Source: an uncultured Lentisphaeraceae bacterium (GTDB taxonomy: Bacteria > Verrucomicrobiota > Kiritimatiellia > RFP12 > DVOR01). Taken from it: 64,000 nt of DNA. Below, one piece after another: positions 10,939-19,472 of this stretch. The stretch's first letter is position 1. Every line of letters starts with the position of its first letter. The notes below the pieces were generated by a model, which made no database searches, was not told the origin of the DNA, and saw only the letters and a list, made by a program, of their open reading frames with translations. The translations under genes were made by a program, and so were the position numbers. Where the stretch lies: contig CASEMQ010000033.1 in the NCBI GenBank assembly GCA_949289005.1, positions 1,472 through 65,471 of the forward strand. The letters are read 5' to 3'.

Positions 10939-10950
10939 CCCGCGATCGGC

Positions 10951-12105
10951 GTGAGCGCGATGCGTAAGCGATTGGTCATCCTGGGGGCCACGGGCTCCAT
11001 CGGCGCGAGCACGCTGCGCGTGGTCGCCGCGCACCCCGACCGCTTCGAGGTGGTGGGGTTGGCGGCGGGGCGCGACGCGGCGAAACTGCGGGCGTTGGCC
11101 GAACGCTTCGGCGTGCGCCGCCTGGCCTTGGCCGCGCCCAACGACGCGGGCATCCCCCACGGCGAGCGCGCGCTGTGCGACCTGGCGGCCCTGCCGGAGG
11201 CCGACCTGACGGTGATGGCCATCGCGGGCATGGCCGGCTACGCGCCCACCCTGGCGGCCATCGAGGCGGGGCACGACGTGGCGCTCGCCACCAAGGAGGT
11301 GCTCGTCATGGCGGGCGAGGAGGTCATGCGCCGCCGCGCCGCCAAAGGCGTGCGCCTCCTGCCGCTCGATTCCGAGCACTCCGCCCTCTTCCAGGCGCTC
11401 CAGGGCACGGCGTACCGGCCGGCCTGCGTGCGGACGGATCCGGCCGAGCCGGCGGCGGAAACCCGCGTGGCCGAGGCCATCCTCACCGCCAGCGGCGGGC
11501 CCTTCCTGCGGCGCAAGGATTTGGATTGGCGGCGCGTGACGGTGGCGGAGGCGCTGAATCACCCGCGTTGGCGCATGGGGCCCAAGGTGACGGTCGATTC
11601 CGCCACCATGATGAACAAGGGGCTGGAGCTCATCGAGGCGCTCCACCTCTTCGCCCTGCGCCCCGACCAATTGCGCGTGTGGGTGCACCCGCAGAGCATC
11701 GTCCACTCCCTCGTCCGCTTCCGCGACGGCGCGCTCTTGGCGCAGCTGGGCGTGGCGGACATGGCCCTGCCCATCCAGTACGCATTGACCTGGCCCGACC
11801 GCGCCGACCACGCCCCCGTGGCGCCGCTGACCCTCGCGCAAATGCAGGGGCTGACCTTCGAGGCGCCCGACCTGGCGCGCTTCCCGTGCCTGCGGCTGGT
11901 TCTCGAGGCCCTGCCGCGCGGCGCGTGGACCCATCCCATTCTGACCTTGGCCAACGAGGTGGCGGTGCGCGCCTTCCTCGCCGGCCGCCTCACGGCCGAC
12001 CGCATCGCGGCCGTCATCGAGGAAGGCCTGGCCGCCGGGCCGGGCACCTTCGAGGAAATCCTCCATCGGGCCGAGGCCGCCGTGGCCCGCCACGCACAAC
12101 CATGA
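10951..12105 (+). CDS. dxr: 1-deoxy-D-xylulose-5-phosphate reductoisomerase
   Basis: LVILGATGSIGASTL NADPH-binding N-terminus, LLPLDSEHSALFQ and NKGLELIEA motifs. The classical cdsA-dxr neighbourhood. Confidence 0.93.
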   Translation: MSAMRKRLVILGATGSIGASTLRVVAAHPDRFEVVGLAAGRDAAKLRALAERFGVRRLALAAPNDAGIPHGERALCDLAALPEADLTVMAIAGMAGYAPTLAAIEAGHDVALATKEVLVMAGEEVMRRRAAKGVRLLPLDSEHSALFQALQGTAYRPACVRTDPAEPAAETRVAEAILTASGGPFLRRKDLDWRRVTVAEALNHPRWRMGPKVTVDSATMMNKGLELIEALHLFALRPDQLRVWVHPQSIVHSLVRFRDGALLAQLGVADMALPIQYALTWPDRADHAPVAPLTLAQMQGLTFEAPDLARFPCLRLVLEALPRGAWTHPILTLANEVAVRAFLAGRLTADRIAAVIEEGLAAGPGTFEEILHRAEAAVARHAQP

Positions 12106-12108
12106 GCC

Positions 12109-13032
12109 ATGAAGACCCATCCGCTCTATCCACTCACCTTTCAACCGCATTACCGTGACCAAATCTGGGGCGGCAATGCCATCGCCACGCGCTACAACCG
12201 CGCCAACACGCCGAACCCCTGCGCCGAGAGTTGGGAAGTTTCCGGCCTCCCCGACAACGAAAGCATCGTCACCAACGGCCCCTTCGAGGGCATCGGCCTG
12301 GGGCGGCTGACGCAAACCTTCGGGCGGGACTTGGTCGGCGCAAAAGCCCCCGACCCCGAGACCTTCCCCCTGCTCGTCAAAGTCCTCGACGTCCACGACC
12401 GCCTCTCCGTGCAGGTCCACCCCGACACCGATGCCGCGCGGGAGCTGGGCGGCGCCCCCAAGCACGAAATGTGGTACGTCCTCGATGCCCGCCCCGATGC
12501 CTCGCTCTGGGCCGGGCTGCGCCCGGGCGCAAACCTGGCGCGCCTGGCGGAGTGCGACCTCGCGACGTACGCCACCGCCGAGGGCGACGTCTTCGACATC
12601 CGCCCCGGCCTCGTCCACGCCATCGGCCCCGGCAACCTGATTTACGAAGTGCAGCAGCCCAGCGACACCACCCTGCGCGTCCACGACTGGGGGCGAAGCC
12701 GCCCCACCCAGCCCGAGGCCGCCCGCCGCGCCATCCACCCCACCCTCGCCGCCGAGCGCCTTCCTGCCACGCCCTCCAAGCGCGACCTGTGCCCCCGCCT
12801 CGTCACCCCCGACTTCACCTTCGCCACCCTCCACCTCTCCCGCGAACGCACCCTCCACACCACCGCGCAAAGTTTCATGATCCTCTTCTGCGCCGCCGGC
12901 AAGGCCACCCTCGAACACGACGGCCCCCACCCGCTCACCCTGCTCCCCGGCGACTCCGTCCTCATCCCCCCCGCGCAAAGCGTCTACCTCCGGCCGCTCG
13001 CGCCCGCACGCCTCCTCCTCACCACCCTCTAA
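12109..13032 (+). CDS. manA: Class I mannose-6-phosphate isomerase (cupin)
   Basis: IWGG N-terminus, LSVQVHPD and HEMWYVL metal-site motifs; ~307 aa. Confidence 0.8.
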   Translation: MKTHPLYPLTFQPHYRDQIWGGNAIATRYNRANTPNPCAESWEVSGLPDNESIVTNGPFEGIGLGRLTQTFGRDLVGAKAPDPETFPLLVKVLDVHDRLSVQVHPDTDAARELGGAPKHEMWYVLDARPDASLWAGLRPGANLARLAECDLATYATAEGDVFDIRPGLVHAIGPGNLIYEVQQPSDTTLRVHDWGRSRPTQPEAARRAIHPTLAAERLPATPSKRDLCPRLVTPDFTFATLHLSRERTLHTTAQSFMILFCAAGKATLEHDGPHPLTLLPGDSVLIPPAQSVYLRPLAPARLLLTTL

Positions 13033-13048
13033 ATCGAAAGGTCCCCCT

Positions 13049-13987
13049 ATGAAAGCGCTCCGCATCCTCGGCAACATCCTCATCTGGCCGCTGGCGGTTT
13101 CCAAGCCGCTCGACCGCCTCCTCCGCTTCCGCGCGCTCATCGTGCTGCGGAAAATCCTCTTCGGCCTCATCCTGGTGCTCTTCTGGTTGCTCATCCTCAT
13201 CCTGGCCGGCGGCCTGGGGCCCATCGTCACCCACCTGGGCGCCCCCATCGCCAACGCCTTCGGCGTGCCGCTCACCGTCGAGAAATGCGTCATCCTCCCC
13301 CTCGGCGGCTATGTGCGCATCGACAACCTCGCCATCGGCAACCCCGAGACCTTCGTCGCCGCAAACCCCAAAGTCTACGCCGACACCCCGCTCGTCAAAA
13401 TCGGCCACTTGGAGTGCGACGTCGCCATGCGCTCCCTCCTCTCCAAGGAAATCGCCGTGGACACCCTCGAGCTGACCGGCCTGCGCGCCCTCTACGCCTA
13501 CGACCTCGACACCACCAACGTCGACGCCCTCCTCGCGCAGATGGGCATCCAGCCCGCCGCCGAAACCGCCCCCGCCGCCGGGCAAAAGCCCGACGCCGAG
13601 CCGAAGGCTCCCGACGCCGAGCGGGAAGCCCCCGCAAAGGAACCGGCCAAGTTTCGTCTGGCCTACGTCCACATCGAGGACAACTCCGTCTCCGTCCGCA
13701 AGTTCGTCACCATCCCCGTCGCCCTCCCCGCGCTCACCCTGCGCGACATCGACAGCGACGACCTCAAGACCCGCATCGACGCCATCGTCCAGCCCGTCGT
13801 CAAAACCGTCCACGGCGCCGCCGAAGGCATCGGTGCCCTCGGCGCCGCCCTCGGCGACGGCGCCAAAGACCTCGGCACTGGCGCCAAAGACCTCGGGGCA
13901 GGCGCCAAAGACGCCCTCGACGAGGGCGCCAAAGCCGTCGGCGGCCTCCTCGACGGCCTCTTCGGCGGCTCCAAAAAAGACAACTGA
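13049..13987 (+). CDS. Membrane-anchored hypothetical protein with repetitive Gly/Ala/Lys/Asp C-terminus
   Basis: N-terminal TM segment (LILVLFWLLILILAGGLG). The C-terminus repeats GAKDLG/GAKDAL. No confident family. Confidence 0.6.
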   Translation: MKALRILGNILIWPLAVSKPLDRLLRFRALIVLRKILFGLILVLFWLLILILAGGLGPIVTHLGAPIANAFGVPLTVEKCVILPLGGYVRIDNLAIGNPETFVAANPKVYADTPLVKIGHLECDVAMRSLLSKEIAVDTLELTGLRALYAYDLDTTNVDALLAQMGIQPAAETAPAAGQKPDAEPKAPDAEREAPAKEPAKFRLAYVHIEDNSVSVRKFVTIPVALPALTLRDIDSDDLKTRIDAIVQPVVKTVHGAAEGIGALGAALGDGAKDLGTGAKDLGAGAKDALDEGAKAVGGLLDGLFGGSKKDN

Positions 13988-14063
13988 CCGCCACCCGCAA
14001 CCCTTCCCGGGGGGAATGCGCCGGGAACCGCGGGCGTCTCTTCGCTTGGCAACGGAACAACGG

Positions 14064-14100
14064 AAAAAAAAAAAGCCCCGCGCGCGGCGCGGGGCTTTTT
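14064..14100. terminator. Bidirectional rho-independent terminator
   Basis: A11-GCCCCGCGC-gcg-GCGCGGGGC-TTTTT between convergent genes. Confidence 0.85.
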
Positions 14101-14111
14101 CGTGGGGAAGA

Positions 14112-15914
14112 TCAGGGTTGGGCGGGCTTGGGTTGGCCGCCGTGAGGGCGGATGGTGATATGGAGCTCGCGGAGTTGCTTTTCGGTGACTTCGCCGGGGG
14201 CGTGCATCATGAGGTCCTCGGCCTTTTGGTTCATGGGGAAGGCGATGACCTCGCGGATGTTTTCCTCGCCGGCCAAGAGCATGACCATGCGGTCGACGCC
14301 CGGGGCGACGCCGGCGTGGGGGGGCGCGCCGTATTTGAAGGCGTTGAGAAGGCAAGAGAACTTCTGCTCGACGACCTCCGGGCCGTAGCCGGCGATCTCG
14401 AAGGCGCGGTACATGATGTCGGGACGGTGGTTGCGGACGGCGCCGGAGGAGAGCTCGATGCCGTTGCAGACGACGTCGTACTGATAGGCCAAGATGTCGA
14501 GCGGATCCTTTGTGTTGAGGGCTTCGAGGCCGCCTTGGGGCATGGAGAAGGGGTTGTGGGAGAAGATGGTGGCGCCGGTCTCGGGATCTTTCTCGAAGAA
14601 GGGGAAGTCGGTGATCCAGCAGAAGCGGTAGGCGTTCTGCTCGATGAGGCCGAGGTCTTGGCCCATCTTCTTGCGGAGGGCACCCATCATGGCGGGGGTC
14701 TTCTCCGCGGTGTCACAGATGAAGAAGATGGCGTCGCCGTCTTTGAGGTTGCCGCGTTGGGCGAGGGCGTCGAGTTCCTCGGGCTTGAGGAACTTGGCGA
14801 GGGGGCCTTTGATCTTGTCGGTGTCCCAGACGAGGTAGGCAAGGCCTTTGGCGCCGAGTTCCTGTTTGGCCCAAGGCTCGAGTTTGTCGAAGAAACTGCG
14901 GGGCTTGCTTTTGATTTGGGGGACGGGGAGGGCACGGACGATGGCGCCGGCGGCGATGGCTTTGGCGAAAGCGCCGAAACCGGAGGTGGCGAAGAGGTCG
15001 GTGACGTCGATGATCGTGAGGGGGTTGCGGAGGTCGGGCTTGTCGGAGCCATAGGTGAGCATGGCCTCGCGGTAGGGGATGCGGCGCCAGGGAGCCCGGT
15101 CGATCTGCCAACCGGCGGGGGCGAATTGGGCAAAGGCCTTGGAGAGGACATCCTCGACGACTGCGAAGACATCGTCTTGCGTGGCGTAGGACATCTCGAT
15201 GTCGAGCTGGTAGAACTCGCCGGGGGAGCGGTCGGCGCGGGAGTCCTCGTCACGGAAGCAGGGGGCGATCTGGAAGTAGCGGTCGAAGCCGGCGACCATC
15301 AGCAACTGCTTGAAGAGCTGCGGGGCTTGGGGGAGCGCGTAGAACTTGCCGTGGTGGACGCGGGAGGGCACGAGGTAGTCGCGGGCGCCCTCGGGGCTGG
15401 AGCAGGTGAGGATGGGGGTCTGGTACTCGTTGAAGCCGTGGGCCTCCATCTGCTTGCGCAGGAAGGAGATGAGTTTGGAGCGCAGGACGATGTTTTTGTG
15501 GACGCGCTCGCGGCGGAGGTCGAGGTAGCGATAGGTCAGGCGCATATCCTCGGCGGGGTCGGTCTCGTCGGGGATGTAGAGCGGGGTGGTCTCGGAGGGG
15601 GATTCGATGACGCAGTCGTTCGCCACCAGCTCCACCTCGCCCGTGGGGAGGTCGGGGTTCACGGTCGAGGGCTCGCGGAGGACGACCTCGCCGGTGAAGG
15701 TGACGACGCTCTCGAGTTTGACTTTCTCGATGTCGCCGAAGAAGGCACGGCTGGGGTGCACCACCACCTGGGTGAGGCCATAATGGTCGCGCAGGTCGAT
15801 AAAGAGAATACCGCCGTGGTCGCGCTTGCGGAAGACCCAGCCGGAGAGGCGGGCGGTCTTGCCGGCATCGGCGGCGCGAAGTTCGTTGCAGGTGTGCGTG
15901 CGATAAGGATGCAT
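14112..15914 (-). CDS. aspS: Aspartate--tRNA ligase
   Basis: [13 protein letters not shown] start, [21 protein letters not shown]-fold region, class II motifs ([15 protein letters not shown]-like GVDRMVMLL); ~600 aa. Confidence 0.95.
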   Translation of the reverse strand: MHPYRTHTCNELRAADAGKTARLSGWVFRKRDHGGILFIDLRDHYGLTQVVVHPSRAFFGDIEKVKLESVVTFTGEVVLREPSTVNPDLPTGEVELVANDCVIESPSETTPLYIPDETDPAEDMRLTYRYLDLRRERVHKNIVLRSKLISFLRKQMEAHGFNEYQTPILTCSSPEGARDYLVPSRVHHGKFYALPQAPQLFKQLLMVAGFDRYFQIAPCFRDEDSRADRSPGEFYQLDIEMSYATQDDVFAVVEDVLSKAFAQFAPAGWQIDRAPWRRIPYREAMLTYGSDKPDLRNPLTIIDVTDLFATSGFGAFAKAIAAGAIVRALPVPQIKSKPRSFFDKLEPWAKQELGAKGLAYLVWDTDKIKGPLAKFLKPEELDALAQRGNLKDGDAIFFICDTAEKTPAMMGALRKKMGQDLGLIEQNAYRFCWITDFPFFEKDPETGATIFSHNPFSMPQGGLEALNTKDPLDILAYQYDVVCNGIELSSGAVRNHRPDIMYRAFEIAGYGPEVVEQKFSCLLNAFKYGAPPHAGVAPGVDRMVMLLAGEENIREVIAFPMNQKAEDLMMHAPGEVTEKQLRELHITIRPHGGQPKPAQP

Positions 15915-16058
15915 ACAAAAGCCTCGATGAAACCAAAAACGCGGTGTAGTGTAGCACATTTCGCGACGTGCCTGCGACCGGCTTGCGGGCGGGCGGGCGA
16001 AAAGGGTATACTAGGGGCGTTCCATATTCACAGAAAAAGTTTTCGGGAGAGCGCGAAC

Positions 16059-16319
16059 ATGGTAGACCGCATTACCGTTGAGATTTGCATGGGGACGACC
16101 TGCTATGTCATGGGCGGGGCGCAGTTGGCGGGCATCGCCGACCGTTTGCCGGAAGAGTGGCGGGAGCGCGTGACCGTCAAGGGCATGCGTTGCTCGGGCG
16201 CCTGCCAGCAGGGCGATCGCCTGGGGCGCGCGCCGTTTGTGCGCGTGGCCGGGAAGTTGATTGCCGAGGCGGACGAGGGCAAGGTGTTCTCGGCGATTCG
16301 CGAGGCTTTGGCACAGTAA
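16059..16319 (+). CDS. Thioredoxin-like [2Fe-2S] ferredoxin (NuoE/HndA-like small subunit)
   Basis: 86 aa with Cys pattern CMGTTC ... CSGAC. Sits immediately upstream of the hydrogenase gene. Confidence 0.6.
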   Translation: MVDRITVEICMGTTCYVMGGAQLAGIADRLPEEWRERVTVKGMRCSGACQQGDRLGRAPFVRVAGKLIAEADEGKVFSAIREALAQ

Positions 16320-16329
16320 GGAGAGAGAC

Positions 16330-17775
16330 ATGGCAATCCCGATGATCAGTGAGGCCGACCGTTTGCGCCGTGAGGTGTTGGCGTATGTCATCAAGGCCAT
16401 CAAGGACGGCACCTACGAGGACATCGACCGCATTCCCATCAAGATCCGCCCCAAGGGTCAGCCCTTCAGCCGCTGCTGCATCTACAAGGACCGCGCCGCG
16501 CTCCGCTACCGTTGCATGTCGGCCCTCGGGTTCCGCGTGGAGGACGAGACCGACGAGCTCAAAACCCTGAAGAGCTACGCCGAGGACATCGAGACCAACC
16601 CGCCGGCCTCCGACCCCTTCCTGACCATTTTCCCCGATGCCTGCTCCGCGTGCATGGAGTCGCAGATCATGGTCACCAACATGTGCCGCGGGTGCCTGGC
16701 GCGCCCCTGCACCAACATCTGTCCCCGCCACGCCATCCAGGTGCGCAACGGCCGCGCGATGATCGCGCACGATCTCTGCGTCAACTGCGGCAAATGCGCG
16801 GAGGTTTGCCGCTACCACGCCATCATCCAGGTGCCGCTGGCCTGCGCCGACGCCTGCCCGGTGGGCGCCATCGGCAAGACCGACGACGGCCGCGTTACCG
16901 TCGACCACGAAAAGTGCATCCGTTGCGGCAAGTGCATCAAGGCCTGCCCCTTCGCGGCCATCATGCAAAGCAACCAAGTGGCCCACGTGGTGCGCGCCAT
17001 CGCCAAGGGCAAAAAGGTCATCGCCCTCGTCGCCCCCGCCATCAACGGCTTCTTCCCCACCGAGCCCGGCAAACTCTACGCCGCCCTCCGCCAAATGGGC
17101 TTCGCCCACGTCTACGAGGTGGCCCGCGGCGGCGACGACACCGCCCAGGCCGAGGCCGCCGAATGGGCCGAGCGCAAGGCCCACGGCGCGCCCTTCATGA
17201 CCACCAGCTGCTGCCCCGCCTGGATCGAGTGCGTGGAGCGCCATCTCCCCGAGATGAAGCCCTACGTCTCCGACACGCCCACGCCCATGGCCTTCGCCGA
17301 GATGCGCGCCAAGAAAGACCACCCCGACGCCATCACCGTCTTCATCGGCCCCTGCATGGCCAAACGCACCGAGGCCCACAAACATGGCGGCCCCAACTAC
17401 GTCATCACCGCCGAGGAACTCGGCGCCTGGCTCATCGCCGAGAACATCCAGCTCGCCGACCTGGAACCCTCCGAGCCCGAGATCGCCGGCACCCAATACG
17501 GCGCCGAGTTCGCCGTCAGCGGCGGCGTCGCCAACGCCGTCGCCCACTACCTCCCCGAAGGCACCCCCAAACCCACCGTCTTCAAAATCAACGGCCTCAA
17601 CAAAAAGAACGTCGCACTCCTGCGCGTCTTCGCCAAGACCAAGAAAGCCCCCGCCGACATCATCGAGGTCATGGTCTGCCCCGGCGGTTGCGTTGGCGGG
17701 CCCTGCGCCATCAGCCCCGCCGAAGACGCCGCCAAAATCATCCAGAAACGCCGCCCTGCGGACTTCCAGGCATGA
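16330..17775 (+). CDS. Monomeric [FeFe]-hydrogenase with N-terminal multi-[4Fe-4S] ferredoxin domains
   Basis: H-cluster motifs TSCCPAW (L1), GPCMAKRTE (L2) and MVCPGGCVGGP (L3). Several CxxCxxCxxxCP clusters lie upstream. Confidence 0.85.
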   Translation: MAIPMISEADRLRREVLAYVIKAIKDGTYEDIDRIPIKIRPKGQPFSRCCIYKDRAALRYRCMSALGFRVEDETDELKTLKSYAEDIETNPPASDPFLTIFPDACSACMESQIMVTNMCRGCLARPCTNICPRHAIQVRNGRAMIAHDLCVNCGKCAEVCRYHAIIQVPLACADACPVGAIGKTDDGRVTVDHEKCIRCGKCIKACPFAAIMQSNQVAHVVRAIAKGKKVIALVAPAINGFFPTEPGKLYAALRQMGFAHVYEVARGGDDTAQAEAAEWAERKAHGAPFMTTSCCPAWIECVERHLPEMKPYVSDTPTPMAFAEMRAKKDHPDAITVFIGPCMAKRTEAHKHGGPNYVITAEELGAWLIAENIQLADLEPSEPEIAGTQYGAEFAVSGGVANAVAHYLPEGTPKPTVFKINGLNKKNVALLRVFAKTKKAPADIIEVMVCPGGCVGGPCAISPAEDAAKIIQKRRPADFQA

Positions 17776-18227
17776 CCGCCCCCACCCCGGAGGAAGCCGC
17801 CGCGCAGGCCGCGGCGCGCTTTGCGCAAGGCTGCACCTGCGCGCAAGCCGTCCTCGCCACCTGCGCCCCCGCGCTGGGGATTGCCGAGACCACGGCCATG
17901 CGCCTTGGCGCCGGCCTCGGCGCCGGCCTCGGCGGCCTGCGCGAAACCTGCGGCGCCGTCACCGCCATGGCCGCCATCCTCGGCCTCCGCCACGGGCCCG
18001 AAGCCCCCATGGATGCCAAGGCCAAAGCCGCCCTCTACAAAGAAGTCCAAGCCGCCATCGCCGACTTCGACGCCGCCTTCGGCACCCACGCCTGCCTCGC
18101 GCTCCTCAAAAAGGCCTCCATCCGCAAACAGGCCGGCGACGCTCCCGAGGCCCGCACCCCGGACTACTACGCCAGGCGCCCCTGCGCCGCCTTCGTGCGC
18201 TTCTGCGCCGAACGCGCCCTGCGCTGA
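17772..18227 (+). CDS. C_GCAxxG_C_C family redox-associated protein
   Basis: GCTCAQAV and ETCGAV motifs. The ATG overlaps the hydrogenase stop (ATGA). Confidence 0.7.
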   Translation: MTAPTPEEAAAQAAARFAQGCTCAQAVLATCAPALGIAETTAMRLGAGLGAGLGGLRETCGAVTAMAAILGLRHGPEAPMDAKAKAALYKEVQAAIADFDAAFGTHACLALLKKASIRKQAGDAPEARTPDYYARRPCAAFVRFCAERALR

Positions 18228-18240
18228 CCGCACGGCACGA

Positions 18241-18279
18241 AAAAGCCCCCGACCTCACACCGAGGCCGGGGGCTTTTTT
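18241..18279 (+). terminator. Rho-independent terminator of the hydrogenase operon
   Basis: GCCCCCGACCTC-acac-CGAGGCCGGGGGC followed by TTTTTT. Confidence 0.8.
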
Positions 18280-18324
18280 GTCTGCGCGCCGCACGCGGGC
18301 AAATCCGTGCGCGCCGAACGAAAG

Positions 18325-18401
18325 TGGTCGGAGCGGGGGGATTTGAACCCCCGACACTCTGCTCCCAAAGCAGATGCGCTACCAGGCTGCGCTACGCTCC
18401 G
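18325..18401 (-). tRNA. tRNA-Pro (anticodon TGG)
   Basis: 77-nt cloverleaf on the minus strand: CGGAGCG acceptor, anticodon loop TTTGGGA, T-loop TTCAAAT, encoded CCA. Confidence 0.93.
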
Positions 18402-18491
18402 CGAAAGTCCGCACAGTATAGCACAATCCCACCCCCACATCGCAACGCAAAACGCGATTTCCGCAAATTGGGGCGGCTGTTCGGGCGGGGC

Positions 18492-19472
18492 TTAGCGGCG
18501 CGTGTCGCCGCGGCCGGGGGGCTCCTCGATGCGCATCCGCATCGTGAAGGCCAGCGTCTCGCCGGGGGCGAGGGTGACGTTGAGCGGTTTCTCGCCGGCG
18601 AGGGCGTAGACGGGCGCGCCGCTCTTCAGCTCCATCCCAGGCTCCTGCGGCCAGGCTTCCGTCGGCGCACGTTCTTTGGCGCCGGGGGCGGCCTTGAAGA
18701 CGAGTTCCAGCGGGAACATGACGGGCAGTCCGGTGAATTCGCAGCGACACGCACCGCTTCCGCGCATGGATGGGTGGACGGTGGCGAACGGTTTGCCGCC
18801 GCCGAGCGGGCGGGCGACGACCTCGGCACCCTCGGCGACAAGCCAATCGGGAAGATCGATGGCCAACGGCTTGTCGCGCGGCTTAACGTTCATGGTCGGG
18901 AGCGGGTAGACGACGGTGTCGCCCTCGATGCGCCAATTGCGCGCCAAGAGGGTGAGGCTGTGGGTAAAACCGGGCGTCTCGGCAACGAGGGTGACGCGCT
19001 CGCCCTTGCGCTTCAAGTCGGGGATGACGAAGCCCTTGGCGGGGTCGCAGGTGGCGGCGGTGCGCCAATGGCTGCCGTCGGCGGCGGGCTTGGCGAGGCG
19101 TTCTCCGGGGATGTGGGCATAGGACACGACGCGCTTGAGCGTGATGGGCTCGCCGGAGACGTTGCTCAGGGTGAGCGTACGCAGGAAAACGGCGCAAGGG
19201 CCGCCGGCCTCGGACTTCGCTTCCCACGATTGCTCGCTGACGACACCCTTCAGGCCGACGTCGCGCGAGACCGTGCAGTCGGCGCGGGCGGTACGAACCT
19301 TGCGCCCGTCGGCGGTGGCCCGGCAGGGGTCGGTCGCCGAATAGGGCATTTCTTCCGGGCCGACGAACGAGACCCACGAGCCGTCCGCCAACTCCACGTG
19401 GGCGACGGGGATGCAACCGACGGCGGCGACGAGCGCGGCGGCCAGAGCCGCGAGGATTGCGTTACGTTTCAC
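18492..19472 (-). CDS. Lipoprotein of unknown function
   Basis: Signal peptide plus lipobox (ALVAAVGC). Overlaps the recD2 stop by 11 nt, suggesting co-transcription. Confidence 0.65.
   Translation of the reverse strand: MKRNAILAALAAALVAAVGCIPVAHVELADGSWVSFVGPEEMPYSATDPCRATADGRKVRTARADCTVSRDVGLKGVVSEQSWEAKSEAGGPCAVFLRTLTLSNVSGEPITLKRVVSYAHIPGERLAKPAADGSHWRTAATCDPAKGFVIPDLKRKGERVTLVAETPGFTHSLTLLARNWRIEGDTVVYPLPTMNVKPRDKPLAIDLPDWLVAEGAEVVARPLGGGKPFATVHPSMRGSGACRCEFTGLPVMFPLELVFKAAPGAKERAPTEAWPQEPGMELKSGAPVYALAGEKPLNVTLAPGETLAFTMRMRIEEPPGRGDTRR

Noticed and set aside
7502-13293. Very long ORFs 7502-9892 (-), 7645-9984 (+ upstream part) and 9949-13293 (-)
   Set aside because: These are R/P/G/H-rich shadow frames of the GH36, cdsA, dxr and manA genes. 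Only the last third of 7645-10938 (cdsA, from 9985) is real.
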